Positions 1 to 11,530 of a stretch of 64,000 bases of DNA are shown piece by piece (position 1 is the stretch's first letter; every line of letters starts with the position of its first letter). Origin of the DNA: Chiloscyllium plagiosum (Eukaryota); the NCBI RefSeq assembly GCF_004010195.1, contig NC_057749.1, positions 25,966,599-26,030,598 on the forward strand, read 5' to 3'. The notes below the pieces were generated by a model. That model saw only the letters and a list, made by a program, of their open reading frames with translations. It had not been told where the DNA came from and did not search any database. A program made the translations under genes and the position numbers.

Positions 1-158
1 CACACACCCACTCTCACTGATACCACGCCACAGACCCTCTGATGACTGACAGCCTCCAGACACCCCCATCCCTTAACATCAGCGCCCCACACACAGAAAC
101 AATAATATAGACATATATAATGTATACAGTATATAATCTCCCCCTCCCCTCAGCTCAC

Positions 159-330
159 CTCTCCGTTACGATCGACTGATTCTCTCACAGCGCCGTGAAT
201 CTAGAATGTAATGTTTATTTCCTTCATTGCTGCCCCCGCTCTAACTCCCTGTGGCAGCTACCGACTCTCTCTCTCACACATACCGCACTGAGGCGGAGAG
301 CCCGCTCTGCTGCTGAAAGAAGCGGCCGGC
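159..330 (-). other. Putative non-coding first exon of a gene running leftwards out of the window (5' boundary approximate)
   Basis: Consensus donor AG|GTGAG on the minus strand (intron starts at 158) at the edge of the CpG island. The exon contains only short ATG-stop ORFs (281-258, 227-201). Confidence 0.6.
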
Positions 331-639
331 CGGCCCGCGCTAACCGGCCCCACTTTTCAAATCTCTCCGTAGGCGGGAGCGCTCGCGCAGAGCGGGGAAG
401 GATGGGAGGGGGAGGGGGTGGGGTGGGGAAGGACGGGGTCACGTGTGCATTGCATCGGCCCGCCACGGCAGTGGGTGGGGTTTCCGACTAGGAGGCGCGG
501 TTATGTCACGGCTCGATCGCACCGCACGGCGGAAGGAGGCGTGGCTAGGCCCAGAAGCGTGCAGTAGGGGGGGGCGTGGCTGCCTTCCGGAGAGGCGGCG
601 TGGGGGCGGGCACCGCCTATCACGTGGGCGCCAACCCAC

Positions 640-675
640 TATAAAAATGCACCAACGCACAGTACCTTCTCAGTC
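640..675 (+). promoter_or_regulatory. TATA box plus initiator core promoter
   Basis: TATAAAA at 640-646 and Inr-like TCAGTC at 670-675, with A672 32 nt downstream of the TATA start. Confidence 0.5.
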
Positions 676-991
676 GGTGTGGGTTATGTGGGTGTGGTAG
701 GTGCTGCCTTCTGTGAGCTGAAGATAGTAATTTAGAGTGAAGGCTTTTAAAGCAAAGTTCATGGAGAGTCAGATGGCAGGCAGGTGGTGTAAAGCCTTTT
801 AGCATTTGACACAGGCCGTTCGGCCCTTTGAGCTTGCTGCTCTGTTCACTGGGGTCATGATTTGACACTTGTTCCATTTACTTTCCTGTATTTTTCCCAT
901 AACCCTTGGTTTCCTGCCTAGTCAAGAATCTACTTAGCTCAAGGATTCTTCTCCTGTGGCAGGATCTTCTAGAGAAAAAAAATAATCCTTA

Positions 992-1560
992 ACAGGAGTT
1001 GGGAGGTCATGTTGTGGCTGTACAGGGTGTTGGTTAGGCCACTGTTAGAATATTGTGTGCAATTCTGGTCTCCTTCCTATTGGAAAGATGTTGTGAAACT
1101 TGAAAGGGTTCAGAAAAGGTTTACAAGGATGTTGCCAGGGTTGGAGGATTTTAGCTATAGGGAGAGGTTGATCAGGCTAGGGCTGTTTTCCCTGGAGGCT
1201 GAGGGGTGACCTTGTACAAGTTTACAAAAACATGAAGGGCATGGATAGAATAAATAGACAGTCTTTCCCCTGGGGTTGGGGAGTCCAGAACTAGAAGGCA
1301 TAGGTTTAGGGTGAGGGGGGAAAGAGAAAAGACCTAAGGAGCAACTCTTTCAGAGGGTGGTATGTGTATGGAATGAGCTAGAGGAAGTGGAGGCTGGTAC
1401 AATTGCAACATTTAAAAGGCATTTGGGTGGGTATATGAATAGGAAGGGTTTGGAGGGATATGAGCTGAGTGCTGGTAAGTGTGGCTAGATTGGGTTGGGA
1501 TATCTAGTCAGCATAGACAGGTTGGAAGGGTCTGTTTCTGTGCTGTACAGTTCTATGACT
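992..1560 (+). mobile_element. HER1/CR1 LINE 3' fragment
   Basis: ORF2 C-terminus LYRVLVRPLLEYCVQFWSP...LERVQKRFTRMLPGL plus 3' UTR ending tctatgact. Confidence 0.92.
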
Positions 1561-1699
1561 AATTTTTCTAAAGAAAAGATGGGTAGGGGATGTCTCTTGC
1601 ACTCTGTCTTGCTGTTTCCTATGTTGTAATGTTAACTACTTTATTGACTCTGAAATACTTGTAGAGAGTGAGGATTGCAGATGTGGAAGGTACAAATTG

Positions 1700-2020
1700 T
1701 GATGGTCTGAATGTAGTCTTGAATTTCCAAATGAAAGATGGGTTGCAGTTCACTTCAATACTGTGGCAGGTCATGTACAGAAAGGTCAGGGTGGAAGCCA
1801 GGTAGCTGATTAAAGTGATTAATGTTGGGATTTTTGAGGTCATGCCTGTGTACTGCATGAGGGTGTTTTGCCAAACAATCACCGACTCTAAATTTGCCCC
1901 CTCAATGTGGAGGTGACCATATATTGAAAAGTAAATACTGTATATTTAAGATCAAGCATGCACTGTTTAATGAAAAGTATGACTAAATGGCTGTTCCACT
2001 TGGTGGAATGTTTGGGGATT
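1700..2020 (-). mobile_element. Old PLE fragment, GIY-YIG endonuclease region
   Basis: Degenerate match to the PLE YCIRC..CGLLYIGET..RLGDRF region read on the minus strand. Confidence 0.55.
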
Positions 2021-2034
2021 GGCTGTTAATTTTA

Positions 2035-2330
2035 ACTTATGGATGTTGCTGGCTGGCTAAACCAGTGTTTATTCACCTTGAGAAGGTGATGAGCTATCTT
2101 CTGAACCACTGCAGACTGTGAAGTGGGTATACCCACGGTTGTTAGGGAGGGGCTTCTGGATTTCTGACCCAGTGACTGGAGGAATGGTGACCATATAACT
2201 TCAAGTCGGGGTTGTACATGTCTTCAAAAGGAACTTGCAAGTCGTGATGTTCCTAAGGCCTTGCTCTTGTTCAGGGTAAATCTATTGAAGAGTAGCTTCA
2301 CATTGCAGTTTGAGATATCTTCCAAATGAG
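2035..2330 (-). mobile_element. 3' fragment of L2/CR1-group LINE (LINE-B)
   Basis: Matches the 3' end of the element at 17085-20170. Confidence 0.7.
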
Positions 2331-2609
2331 ACCAAGCTGTAACTATGCTTGCCACCTTAATTGCACAGGGCCCCATTACATTTGAAATCTGCCTTTTGAT
2401 TAGTGCTCCAGTTTTTGACTAGCAGCTCTATTGCCATGTCAGATTGTTGGGATTGACTATTTCCTCACCAGAACCAGTGGTTGTGGACTGTAGTACTCGG
2501 TACTGTGGGGACAGGTACTGACAGTGTTGAGGTGAACATGAATCAATGGTGTCTGAAAGTGAGTGTTCTCCCCATGCCATCTTTAAAAATGTTAATCTAT
2601 ATAAAAGGA

Positions 2610-3345
2610 AGAAAGACTTGCATTTAATAGCACTTGTGTAGTACTTCTGAGCATGTTGGAACATGCTTAACAAAAACTGATAGAACTGTTGATGCTGTAA
2701 ATCAAACAAAAACTGAAATTTAGAAAAGCTCAGAAGGATCACTTGACCTGAAACATTAACTCTGATTTCTCTCCTCAGATGCTGCCAGACCTACTGATCT
2801 CCTACAGCAATTTACTTTTTGTTTCTAAAGTACTCCACAGCCAGTTAAGTTTGTTTTTCTTGAATGCAGGCATTCTGATAAGGTAGCAGCTAACTTTTTG
2901 TGCACAAACTCCCTCAAATAGTAATGCTAATGGCCAGATAATCTTTGACATTGACAGTTGGGTAAATGTTAGTCATAGGGTTATACAGCACAGAAACAAC
3001 TTGTACATATTGATCAGATATCCTAAATAAATCTAGTCCCAGCATTTGGCCTGTATCCCTCTAAATCCATTCTATTCATGTACCCTTTAAGATACAATTA
3101 CAACATTTAAAATGCATCTGCCTCCACCATTCCCTCTGGCAACTGATTTACAGATAACTCTTATTTTGCTTTAACTCCACTGCATTTAACTCCAATATTC
3201 TCCATCAAATAAGATCTGTTTACATTAGAGAAAACCAATAATGCATCAATTGAGCTTGCAGTAGCACCTCTGATACTGTGAACTTGTGTGGCTTGAACAT
3301 AGAACCTGGTGTCTCAGAGACAAGAATATGATCAACAGAGCCACA
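2610..3345 (-). mobile_element. Deu-domain SINE (SacSINE/AmnSINE-like), interrupted by a PLE hairpin (~2672-2826) and a HER1 fragment (~2970-3142)
   Basis: aaagacttgcattt..atagcac tail and Deu-like ..cagctaac..tgtgcacaaactcc..aatggccagataatct. Confidence 0.6.
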
Positions 3346-4414
3346 TCTAATCATATTTGGTGTGGCAAAATAATAGTAGTCCATCCAATAAGTTGAGTTA
3401 AGCAGGGAGATCCAATAACAAATATCTTAAGGTACAGATGCATCCAGCAGCAGCAATAATATAATTGAATACCAATACTTGTCTGCTCTGAATTTAATTA
3501 CTAATGATTCTATTTACCTTTGACATCTACACAAGATTCAACATAATGAAAATCAGTAAACCCTAACAGTCATGACAATGAGCACTGCAAAACTTGTGGC
3601 ATTTAGTAATACCATTTTCTCCTTCATACCACCTTTTGCAGTGGACTTCATTCCCTATGACGTTGCTTTTTATACACGTGCTGTCTGTGAGGGTATCGAA
3701 TGTCCTTGTAGATACATGTGACCTATGAGTAGCAATTACCTACTTGCTGTCATGTGCTATGCTATCTCTTTGGCAGATTATTAAATACTGCTCAAGATTT
3801 TTATGTAACACAACTTGCATTTATTGACAAATGCACAATCAAATAAAACAGATTTGCTCCTATTGTATTACACAAATCTAATGACCAATGTGCTTCTGGA
3901 GTAGTTGGCCTTTTGTTTGACTTTTGAAATAAATTTATCATTTGCTTAAAGTTCTAATGTGGGCAATGTCCATTCTGTCATGCCATGCAAATTGCAATTT
4001 CTTCATTGAACACTCACTGAGTCATCAAATTAAAGTTGGATAAGGTCACACTTAAAAGAACTTTGCTAGGTGATTTGACAAAAGAAAGCATAAATTTAAA
4101 GCAAATTAGACAGACCTTAAAAATATCAGCGTGCAAACAATTCAAAGACTTGGAATCACAGACTGATACAGCTCAGAAGGAGGCCATCCACCCTTTCATG
4201 GTTATTGTGGGTGATAGAACAAGCTTTTCAATTTAGCTGGTCACCCTGCTGTTGTCATTGAATCCATTCCCACCATCCTTCAGCCAATATCTTCCAGAGG
4301 ATCTCTTTCCACATTAACTTTGTAGATGTATTAATTACGTATCCGTGCCACACAGACACCATCAGGCCATGGAGTTGGCTGATGTCATTAGCGCTGAAGT
4401 AATGGTTAGGACGA

Positions 4415-4850
4415 TTAGATTAGATTAGATTCTCTACAGTGTGGAAACAGGCCCTTCAGCCCAACCAGTCCACACCGACCCTCCGAAGAGCAACCCACCC
4501 AGACCCATTTCCCTCTGACTGAAGCACCTAACACTATGGTTAAAAACAATGACTGCAGATGCTGGAAACCAGATTCTGGATCAGTGGTGCTGGAAGAGCA
4601 CAGCAATTCAGGCAGCATTCCTGATGAAGGGCTTTTGCCCGAAACGTCAATTTTGTCTGTCCTCGGATGCTGCCTGAATTGCTGTGCTCTTCCAGCACCA
4701 CTGATCCAGAACCTAACACTATGGGCAATTTAGCATAGCCAATTCACCTCACCTGCACATCTTTGGACAGTGGAAGGAAACCAGAGCACCTGGAGAAAAC
4801 CCACGCAGACACACAGAAAATGTGCAAACTCCACACAGGCAGTCGACCGA
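4415..4850 (-). mobile_element. HE1 V-SINE split by a PLE hairpin
   Basis: (GATTA)n tail, V-domain and HE1 3' tail. Confidence 0.9.
4540..4710. mobile_element. PLE family A inverted 3'-end insertion with hammerhead core at 4617-4652
   Basis: Inverted arms, CTGATGA-A-GGGC-TTTT-GCCC-GAAACGTC core, and a 14-bp TSD acctaacactatgg (4526-4539 / 4711-4724). Confidence 0.85.
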
Positions 4851-5070
4851 TTGACTTCTTCATTGTTGGGTCAGGAAGTACAAAATGAATAAAGTTTCAG
4901 CACCCGCCATGCCAATCAGAAGCGCACCTTGCCTGACAAAGGTGACTATTGTGATTCAAAAAGATCCTACTTCTAGTACCCCTACCCCTGACCTATGGCT
5001 AAACAAATTGATTAAAAATATCTAGAATTGCATTAGAAGCAGTTTAGAGAGAGTGCTTCACTCAAATTAC

Positions 5071-5140
5071 GTAGTCGTGGCTAAGTGATTAAAGCGATGG
5101 GTTAGAAATTCAAGTGTACGCTTGAATCCTGCTGACTACA
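5071..5140 (+). pseudogene. tRNA-Ser(AGA) pseudogene
   Basis: gtagtcgtggctaagtgattaaagcgatgggttagaaatt...gaatcctgctgactaca resembles vertebrate tRNA-Ser-AGA (GTAGTCGTGGCCGAGTGGTTAAGGCGATGGACTAGAAATCC...GAATCCTGCCGACTACG). The variable arm is partly deleted and the A/B boxes are mutated. Confidence 0.8.
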
Positions 5141-5160
5141 GTTCTCTTTGTCTTTGTTAC

Positions 5161-5378
5161 AGGATCTTGTGGTATAGTGGTTGTGTCCCAACCTCTAAGT
5201 TGGAAGGTCTGACTTCCTATTGGCCCAAGCATGTGATATCATGTGACTGAACAGGTTGAATAAAAATATCTCCTTTTAAAGTTCAAAAGGATCTTGTGGC
5301 ACAATGGCAGTGTCCCCACCTCTGGGTCAGAAGGTGCAGGTTCACACCCCAGAGTTATGTCAAAGCAGGTCAATTTAA
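5161..5378 (+). mobile_element. Two tandem copies of a short (~120 bp) tRNA-headed SINE
   Basis: Repeated aggatcttgtgg..a.tgg..gtgtccc.acctct..g..gaagg..aacaggttga. Related copies at ~12045-12305 and ~58680-58752 (-). Confidence 0.6.
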
Positions 5379-6218
5379 GGTTTTCTTATCTTATAGTGAA
5401 CATTAAAAGTATCAATTACTGTGATACTGGTCAATTGTGGAAATGATCACATGCAGGAAATCAGTGTATTCAGGAATAAAGAGATTTCATACCTGTTTGA
5501 GAATGCACAACTTTTACTAATTTACAACTAGCAAATTACCCTTTTGATATTGACACTATGAAAAAAGATATATAATGGTTAGTAAACTATCCCTTTTAAG
5601 ACCAAAGAGCAATGATTTTACATTCGAATTTATAACTTTATGGAACATTTCAAAGAATTGTGCTCGCTGCTATTTTAATCTTTTGGATTTTGACACGTAT
5701 ACTTAAGTCTAAGAATAACATAACCGAAGTTAAGCTGAAGACAAATTTTGCGTATTTCTTTTCAAATTTACATCATTATAAGATTTCTACGAGCACCAGC
5801 CCGTGTCCTTTTTCGAAGAAGTCATATTTGACTCAAACGTTGCCTCTGGAGACATAAGCACAGATGATGCCAGAGCTGCTGTGTTTCTCCAGCACATAGT
5901 TTTTATTTCAGATCTCCAGCATCAGCCGTACTTTGCTTTTATTGCTCAATCCATTCTGGTGTCTGGTTAGCAACATTCCAAGTATGTTTACACAATAGTT
6001 ACCTTCCTCCACTTATATGAATAGGGTTTCGAGGGATATGGGCCAAATACTGACAAATGGGATTAGTTCTGATTGGGATGTCTGGTCAACATGGACAAGT
6101 TGGACTGAAGGGTCTGTTTCTGTGCTGTATAACTCCATGACTCTATGACTAAACAGTCATCGCTCAAATTATTGTCAATGTTATTTAGCCATGTTCTCTC
6201 ATTCCTATAATGTACACC

Positions 6219-6410
6219 TCTGGAAATGTGTTGCTGGAAAAGCGCAGCAGGTCAGGCAGCATCCAGGGAACAGGAGAATCGACGTTTCGGGCATAAGCCC
6301 TTCTTCAGGAATGGCTTCTCCTGTTCCCTGGATGCTGCCTGACCTGCTGCGCTTTTCCAGCAACACATTTCCAGCTCTGATCTCCAGCATCTGCAGATCT
6401 CACTTTCTCC
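6219..6410. mobile_element. PLE family A inverted 3'-end insertion (young)
   Basis: Near-perfect inverted arms and a 16-bp duplication tcctataatgtacacc (6203-6218 / 6408-6423). Hammerhead core on the minus strand at ~6276-6312. Confidence 0.88.
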
Positions 6411-6954
6411 TATAATGTACACCCTCCAGTTTCTCTTACATGTTGAATTGTCTTTTACCTTGAGTCAAAGTCCTATGATATTATACGTATGCAGGAATTC
6501 ATAACATTGTATTTCTACAACAACTCTTGGCAGTTTTGGAGTTCAGTTTCCCAATTCAAGCATAAAATGCTAAATCTGCAGTATCCTATATCTGCCTGTT
6601 TTTGTATTGGATAATTAAAGTGACATCTTATGTGTCTTTGAAAAGGCACAATGGGAAGAATGTGGCAGACAGCCAGTATTCCATGTAAAAGTATTTGGAG
6701 CCAAGCCTTCTGCATGCTTGAAATTTAATAGAGGTGCTTTTTATACTGAATGAATATAAAAGGAACAATTCGGCTTGGGTGTAGTACTCATTTGATTTCT
6801 ACTCCAGCATTTATGACTTGAAAATGTAAGTGTTTAATTGACACAGATAGTAAATCAGTTACTGAAAAGAAAGAATGCTGGCGATCACAGTTGGCCAGGG
6901 AGCACACGTGGAGAGAAAGCAAGCTAACGTTTGAGTCTAAATGATTCAGCAGAT

Positions 6955-7137
6955 AGCTCGGTTGGCTGGATGGCGATGCACAGTGAAGCCAACAGCTCGG
7001 GTCCAATTCCCGACCAGCTATGAAGGAGTCTCCTGGTCAACTTCTCCCCTCATCTGAGGCATGGTGACCCTCAGATTAAACCCACCACCAGCTGTCTCTC
7101 TCTGATGATAGGATGGAACTGTGGTGATTTTACTTTT
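6955..7137 (+). mobile_element. tRNA-headed SINE, possibly Meta-domain type; other copies at ~8245-8372 and ~49045-49223
   Basis: A/B-box-like head and a shared core tggtgaccctcag.ttaaacc.accaccag..tctctct ending ..gactttactt. Confidence 0.6.
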
Positions 7138-7361
7138 TTATAGTAAATGTTTTTTGATCCTCAAAAATGTCAGATTTCACATAAAAGGTAAACCCGTGAA
7201 TCTGATTTCATTTCCCTTCAAAAGAAGAACATGGATTTTACAACTGAAATTCCCCAACTGAGCACCTCGGAATTGATATTAGTACACAGCGATTGGATTT
7301 TAATGTGTAGCTGAAGTACAAATTCAGATTTAGTTTTCAATAATATTTTTTAAACTTCTTT

Positions 7362-7942
7362 TAGGGAATGTGGATTTTGTTGGTCTTCCTCACTTACCTC
7401 AAACTGAGTGGCTTGTTAGGCCATTGCACAGGGCAGTTGGAAGTCAACCCGAGGACAGGAGTCTGGAGTCACATGTAGACCAGGTAGAGAGAAAGAGTGG
7501 AGAAAGTGAGGACTGCAGATGCTAGAGATCAGAATCGAGAGTGTGGTGCTGGAAAAGCACAGCAGGTCTGGCAGCATCTGAGGCGCAGGAGAATCGCGCT
7601 TCGGCATCAGGAATGAGCTGATGAAGGGCTTATGCCCGAAATGTCAGTTCTCCTGCTCCTTGGATGCTGCCTGATCAGCTGTGCTTTTCCAGCTCCACAC
7701 TCTCGACACAAATGTCACAGTGCCTTCCTTAAACTGTATTAGTGAACCAGATTTGTTTTTACAACAAATGGTGATAGCTGTTATGTTCATTATTATTACG
7801 GGCAGCTTTATATATCAGATTTATTCATTGAATTCAAATTCCACCACCTGCCATAGTGGGATTTGAACTAATATCCTTAGAGCATGAGTCTGCGTCTCTG
7901 AGTTGCTATTCCAGTCACATGATCAATTTGCCACCATCACCC
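7362..7942 (-). mobile_element. SINE-B (tRNA head, LINE-B tail), split by a PLE family A hairpin at ~7499-7708
   Basis: gagtcaacc..ggagtcacatgtag.ccag..attagtgaaccagat..gaattcaaattccacca..gggatttgaac motifs shared with other copies. Confidence 0.75.
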
Positions 7943-8029
7943 CATATTATTAACATTTTATATGAATATTGCAAGATTGCCAGTATTTATATAACTATTC
8001 GTTTCACAATGTAACAAAATGTTTTCCAT

Positions 8030-8550
8030 TCATTAAATACTTTTGAACTGTAGTCTCTGTGTAATGTTAAAAAAATGTAACAGCCACTGTAATGCACACA
8101 AAGTTTACATAGCAACAACGTGATAATGACCAGATAACCTGTTTGTTGAAGGATAAAGATTAATGGAGACAGCTTCCCTGCTCTACATCAGAATTGAGTC
8201 ACAACATCTTTCATCTCTATCTTAGAGGTTAAGCAGTGTCTGAGTTTACTATGAAGGTTACACTTTGTCAACCTTGTCTTCTTTACTGAGGCATGACCCC
8301 CAGGTTACACTGACCATCCCTTAATGAGAGAGCAGCCCTAACGGTCTCTGGGACTGTGGCAATTTTACCTTTTAGAGGATAAATGGGGCAACAAACTAAT
8401 TTCTCATTTAAAAGTCAGCACCGTCAGTAGCATAGTACTCCCTCAGTGCTTCACTGGAAGATTAGCCTTCCTGTGTGTGTTCAAATCCTGGAATAGTTCT
8501 TCAGTCCTCAACCTCCGTCTCAGAGACAAGTGTGCTACTAACAGAACCAG
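8030..8550 (-). mobile_element. Deu-domain SINE; further copies at ~11700-11940 (+), ~36900-37100 (-), ~38000-40853 (+, fragmented) and ~53660-53890 (-)
   Basis: tacttttgaa.tgtagtc.ctgt..gtgataatgaccagataa.ctgtt..cagcacc..actccctcagt.ct.cactgga Deu-domain motifs. Confidence 0.7.
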
Positions 8551-8910
8551 AAGTCTCACAACATCAGGTTATGGTCCAACAGATTTATTTTAAATCACAA
8601 GCTTTAGGAACACTGCTGTGCTCTGAAAGCTTGAGATTTCAAATAAACCTGTTGGATTATAACTATGTGTCGTGTGGCTTCTGACAAAGTCTGAGATGCG
8701 TAACCCTCACTTATGGCAATATAAGGGGTGATCTCCATACAGAGCTGGAAATGTGTTGCTGGAAAAGCGCAGCAGGTCAGGCAGCATCCAGGGAACAGGA
8801 GAATCGACGTTTCGGGCATAAGCCTCCATACAACTGGACATAATGGCAGAGATTTCAATCTGCTCTGTCTCATTGATCCTCTGGGGCTGTTTGCAGATTC
8901 TTGGGAATTT

Positions 8911-9223
8911 TAGATTAGATTACTTACAGTGTGGAAACAGGCCCTTCGGCCCAACAAGTCCACACCGACCCGCCGAAGCGCAACCCACCCATACCCCTAC
9001 CTTTACCCCTTTAACCTATCACTACGGGCAATTTAGCATGGCCAATTCACCTGACCCGCACATCTTTGGACTGTGGGAGGAAACCGGAGCACCTGGAGGA
9101 AACCCACGCAGACACGGGGAGAATGTGCAAACTCCACACAGTCAGTCGCCTGAGTCGGGAATTGAACCCGGGTCTACAGGCGCTGTGAGGCAGCAGTGCT
9201 AACCACTGGGCCACCGTGCCGCC
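8911..9223 (-). mobile_element. HE1 V-SINE, full length and young
   Basis: Complete tRNA head (ggcggcacggtggcccagtggttagcac...), V-domain and HER1-like tail; CpGs retained. Confidence 0.95.
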
Positions 9224-9871
9224 TGTGAATCTGGATTCTTGTGAATCTGGACTTTCTCCTGGGAACCCCACATCCCACTTTTTGAAAGATACCAGTTGCT
9301 CAGAGGAAAGTGGCATTATCACTGCAGCAACCACATTTGCTTTGATTTAGAATGCTGGTAATTCAGCAAATATAAAAAACTAATGTCAGGAACCCACACA
9401 AATGTTATTTAGGAAGACCTCAAAAAGGCATTTGATTGTTTTACACAATAAACTTTCTCAAATGAGAAATTGCAGCAAATCGGACGGACCTTGGTATTGA
9501 TTTTTGAGATGTGAGTCCCACACTTGTTACCTATCTCTAATCGAGCCAATTATATAATGATCTGATGTGTAAAACCCAATTCAAATGAATTGAAAACTAC
9601 CTGCAAATGTTACAGTTCCATGGTTCTTAAAATTGCCATCCATCATAAACAATAACTGCTCTCCTTCCAAACATGCGGTCCTGTAAAGGAATGCCAGCAG
9701 CCTAGGATAAGATGTACCAACTACATATAATTCCTACGGTTGTGCTAAAATGAGATTACTTTTGCAGATGGATGCCTAATGTAAAAGCCTATATACAACT
9801 ATATTGGCATTGATGCTTCAGATCTCACACTTCACAGGTATTAAAAGAAAGTGAATGTCCTGTGCCTCAAA

Positions 9872-10205
9872 GCATGATTTGGAGATGCCGGTGTTGGACT
9901 GGGGTGTACAAAGTTAAAAATCTCACAACACCAGGTTATAATTCAACAGATTTATTTGGAAGCACGAGCTTTTGGGGCGCAGATTCTTCAACAGGTGATT
10001 GTTGAGTATAAGATCATAAGACACAGAATTTATAGCAAAAATGGAACAGTATAATTTACTGTGGATAGTAAACTTGTGCGATAAATTAAGTGTCATACGA
10101 TCTTATACTCCACAACCACTTGCTGAAGGAGCAGCACTCAGAAAGCTAGTGCTTCCAATTAAATCTGTTGGACTATAACCTGGTGTTGTGTGATTATTAA
10201 CTTTG
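9872..10205. mobile_element. PLE family B inverted 3'-end insertion; others at ~8545-8690, 12302-12480, 23060-23200, 29275-29650, 39148-39285, 40425-40545, 48797-49032, 50265-50436, 55558-55695 and 63162-63367
   Basis: Terminus catgatttggagatgccggtgttggactggggtg..aaagttaaaaatcacacaacaccaggttatagtccaacagg present in both orientations. Hammerhead-like cacCTGATGAAGGAGC.GCTCCGAAAGCTAgtg in intact copies. Confidence 0.8.
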
Positions 10206-10449
10206 CCTAAAGGCAGTATTTCTGTGACCAATGACTCTTCTGACTGAATTTTAAACAAAGGCGTCTTTAAATCCATTGGGTGAATATGCAGATACTGCAA
10301 TCTGGAATGCATCAGGAAATTGACATATTGATCTCTGCTGAGTTACTAATTGCAGTGGTCTTTTAAATGAACAAGGAATGTTAGGAATGCTAGTTCTCAT
10401 TCTGATCCCATGACCCTCCTCGCAAACTCACAAGGCTTCATGTATGGAG

Positions 10450-11070
10450 ATAAAACAAAGAATTGCAAATGCTGGAAATTTGAAACAAAATCAAACAGAA
10501 ATTCCTGGAGAAGCTCATTTGTCTGACAGCATCTGTGGATGGAAAACAGATTTAATATTTCAAGTCTGGTGACCCTTCTTCAGAACTGAAACTGTTCTGG
10601 AAAGGGCTAGACTTAGAGTACTGAAACCAACAAATGCTGGACATCACCAGTAGGTCAGACAGCAGCCATGGAGACAGAACAAACTTATGTTTCAAGTCAA
10701 GATGACTTTTCATCAGAGCGCGTCATGAGAGTCACCTAGAATTCTCAGTGTTAACTTGCTTTCTCTACATTGATGTAAATGTGTTGCTGGAAAAGCGCAG
10801 CAGGTCAGGCAGCATCCAAGGAACAGGAGAATCGACGTTTCGGGCATAAGCCCTTCTTCAGGCTTATGCCCGAAACGTCGATTCTCCTGTTCCTTGGATG
10901 CTGCCTGACCTGCTGCGCTTTTCCAGCAACACATTTTCAGCTCTGATCTCCAGCATCTGCAGCCCTCACTTTCTTCTCTACATTGATGCTGTCTGACCTG
11001 CTGTGATCTCCAGCATTTGTTGTTTTCAGTATAGATTCCAGCATCTGCAGTAATTTGCTCCTCTACACTC
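10450..11070. mobile_element. Nested PLE 3'-end hairpins: a young family A hairpin (~10776-10978) inside older related copies
   Basis: The inner hairpin has near-perfect arms and a tctctacattgatg duplication. Confidence 0.8.
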
Positions 11071-11147
11071 TTAGCATAATTTAGTAAGAGAAGCAAAAGT
11101 GATATAAGGATATACTTGCATGCAGCAAGTGGTCACTCTACAATTGC

Positions 11148-11530
11148 TTGGTGGCTCAGTGGTTAGCACTGTTGCCTCACAGTGTGGAGTTTGCATATTC
11201 TCCCAGTGTCTGTGTGAGTTTCCTCCCACAGTCCATGGATGGGTATATGAATAGGAAGGGTTTGGAGGGATATGGGCCGGGTGCTGGCAAGTGGGACAAG
11301 ATTGGGTTGGGACTGAAGGGTCTGTTTCCATGCTGTACAAATCTATGACTCTATGTGTAGGTTAGGTGAATTGGTCATGTTAAATTGCCCAATGCGTTCA
11401 GGGATATGTAGATAAGGTGCATTAGTCAGGGATAAATGTAGAGGTTTGGGTGGGGTATTCTTCGTAGGATCAGTGTAGTCTTGTTAGGCCAAAGAGCCTA
11501 TTTCCACTGAAGAGATTTTATTCTATTCTT
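11148..11530 (+). mobile_element. HE1 SINE interrupted by a HER1 3' fragment (~11233-11355)
   Basis: HE1 head and V-domain resume after the CR1 3' UTR insert. Confidence 0.8.

Larger units (their letters stand above)
150..720. promoter_or_regulatory. CpG-island promoter, probably bidirectional
   Basis: Only strongly CpG/GC-rich unique stretch in the window. GC box GGGGCGGG at ~603-610, CACGTG E-boxes at 440-445 and 621-626, G-run tract at 403-438. Confidence 0.8.

Noticed and set aside
195..877. ORFs across the CpG island as genes
   Set aside because: Low-complexity R/G/P-rich products typical of GC-rich non-coding DNA, with no recognisable domain.
4617..4705. C/D-box snoRNA (TGATGA..CTGA)
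   Set aside because: TGATGA is part of the hammerhead core of a high-copy repeat; other copies have TGAAGA and no consistent box D or terminal stem.
5071..5140. Functional tRNA gene
   Set aside because: Variable arm is partly deleted, and the T-loop/B-box and anticodon stem are disrupted.
6219..6410. Hairpins as DNA-transposon MITEs or miRNA genes
   Set aside because: Arms are the 3' end of RT-coding PLEs in this window, ends are asymmetric, and centres and TSD lengths differ at each locus.
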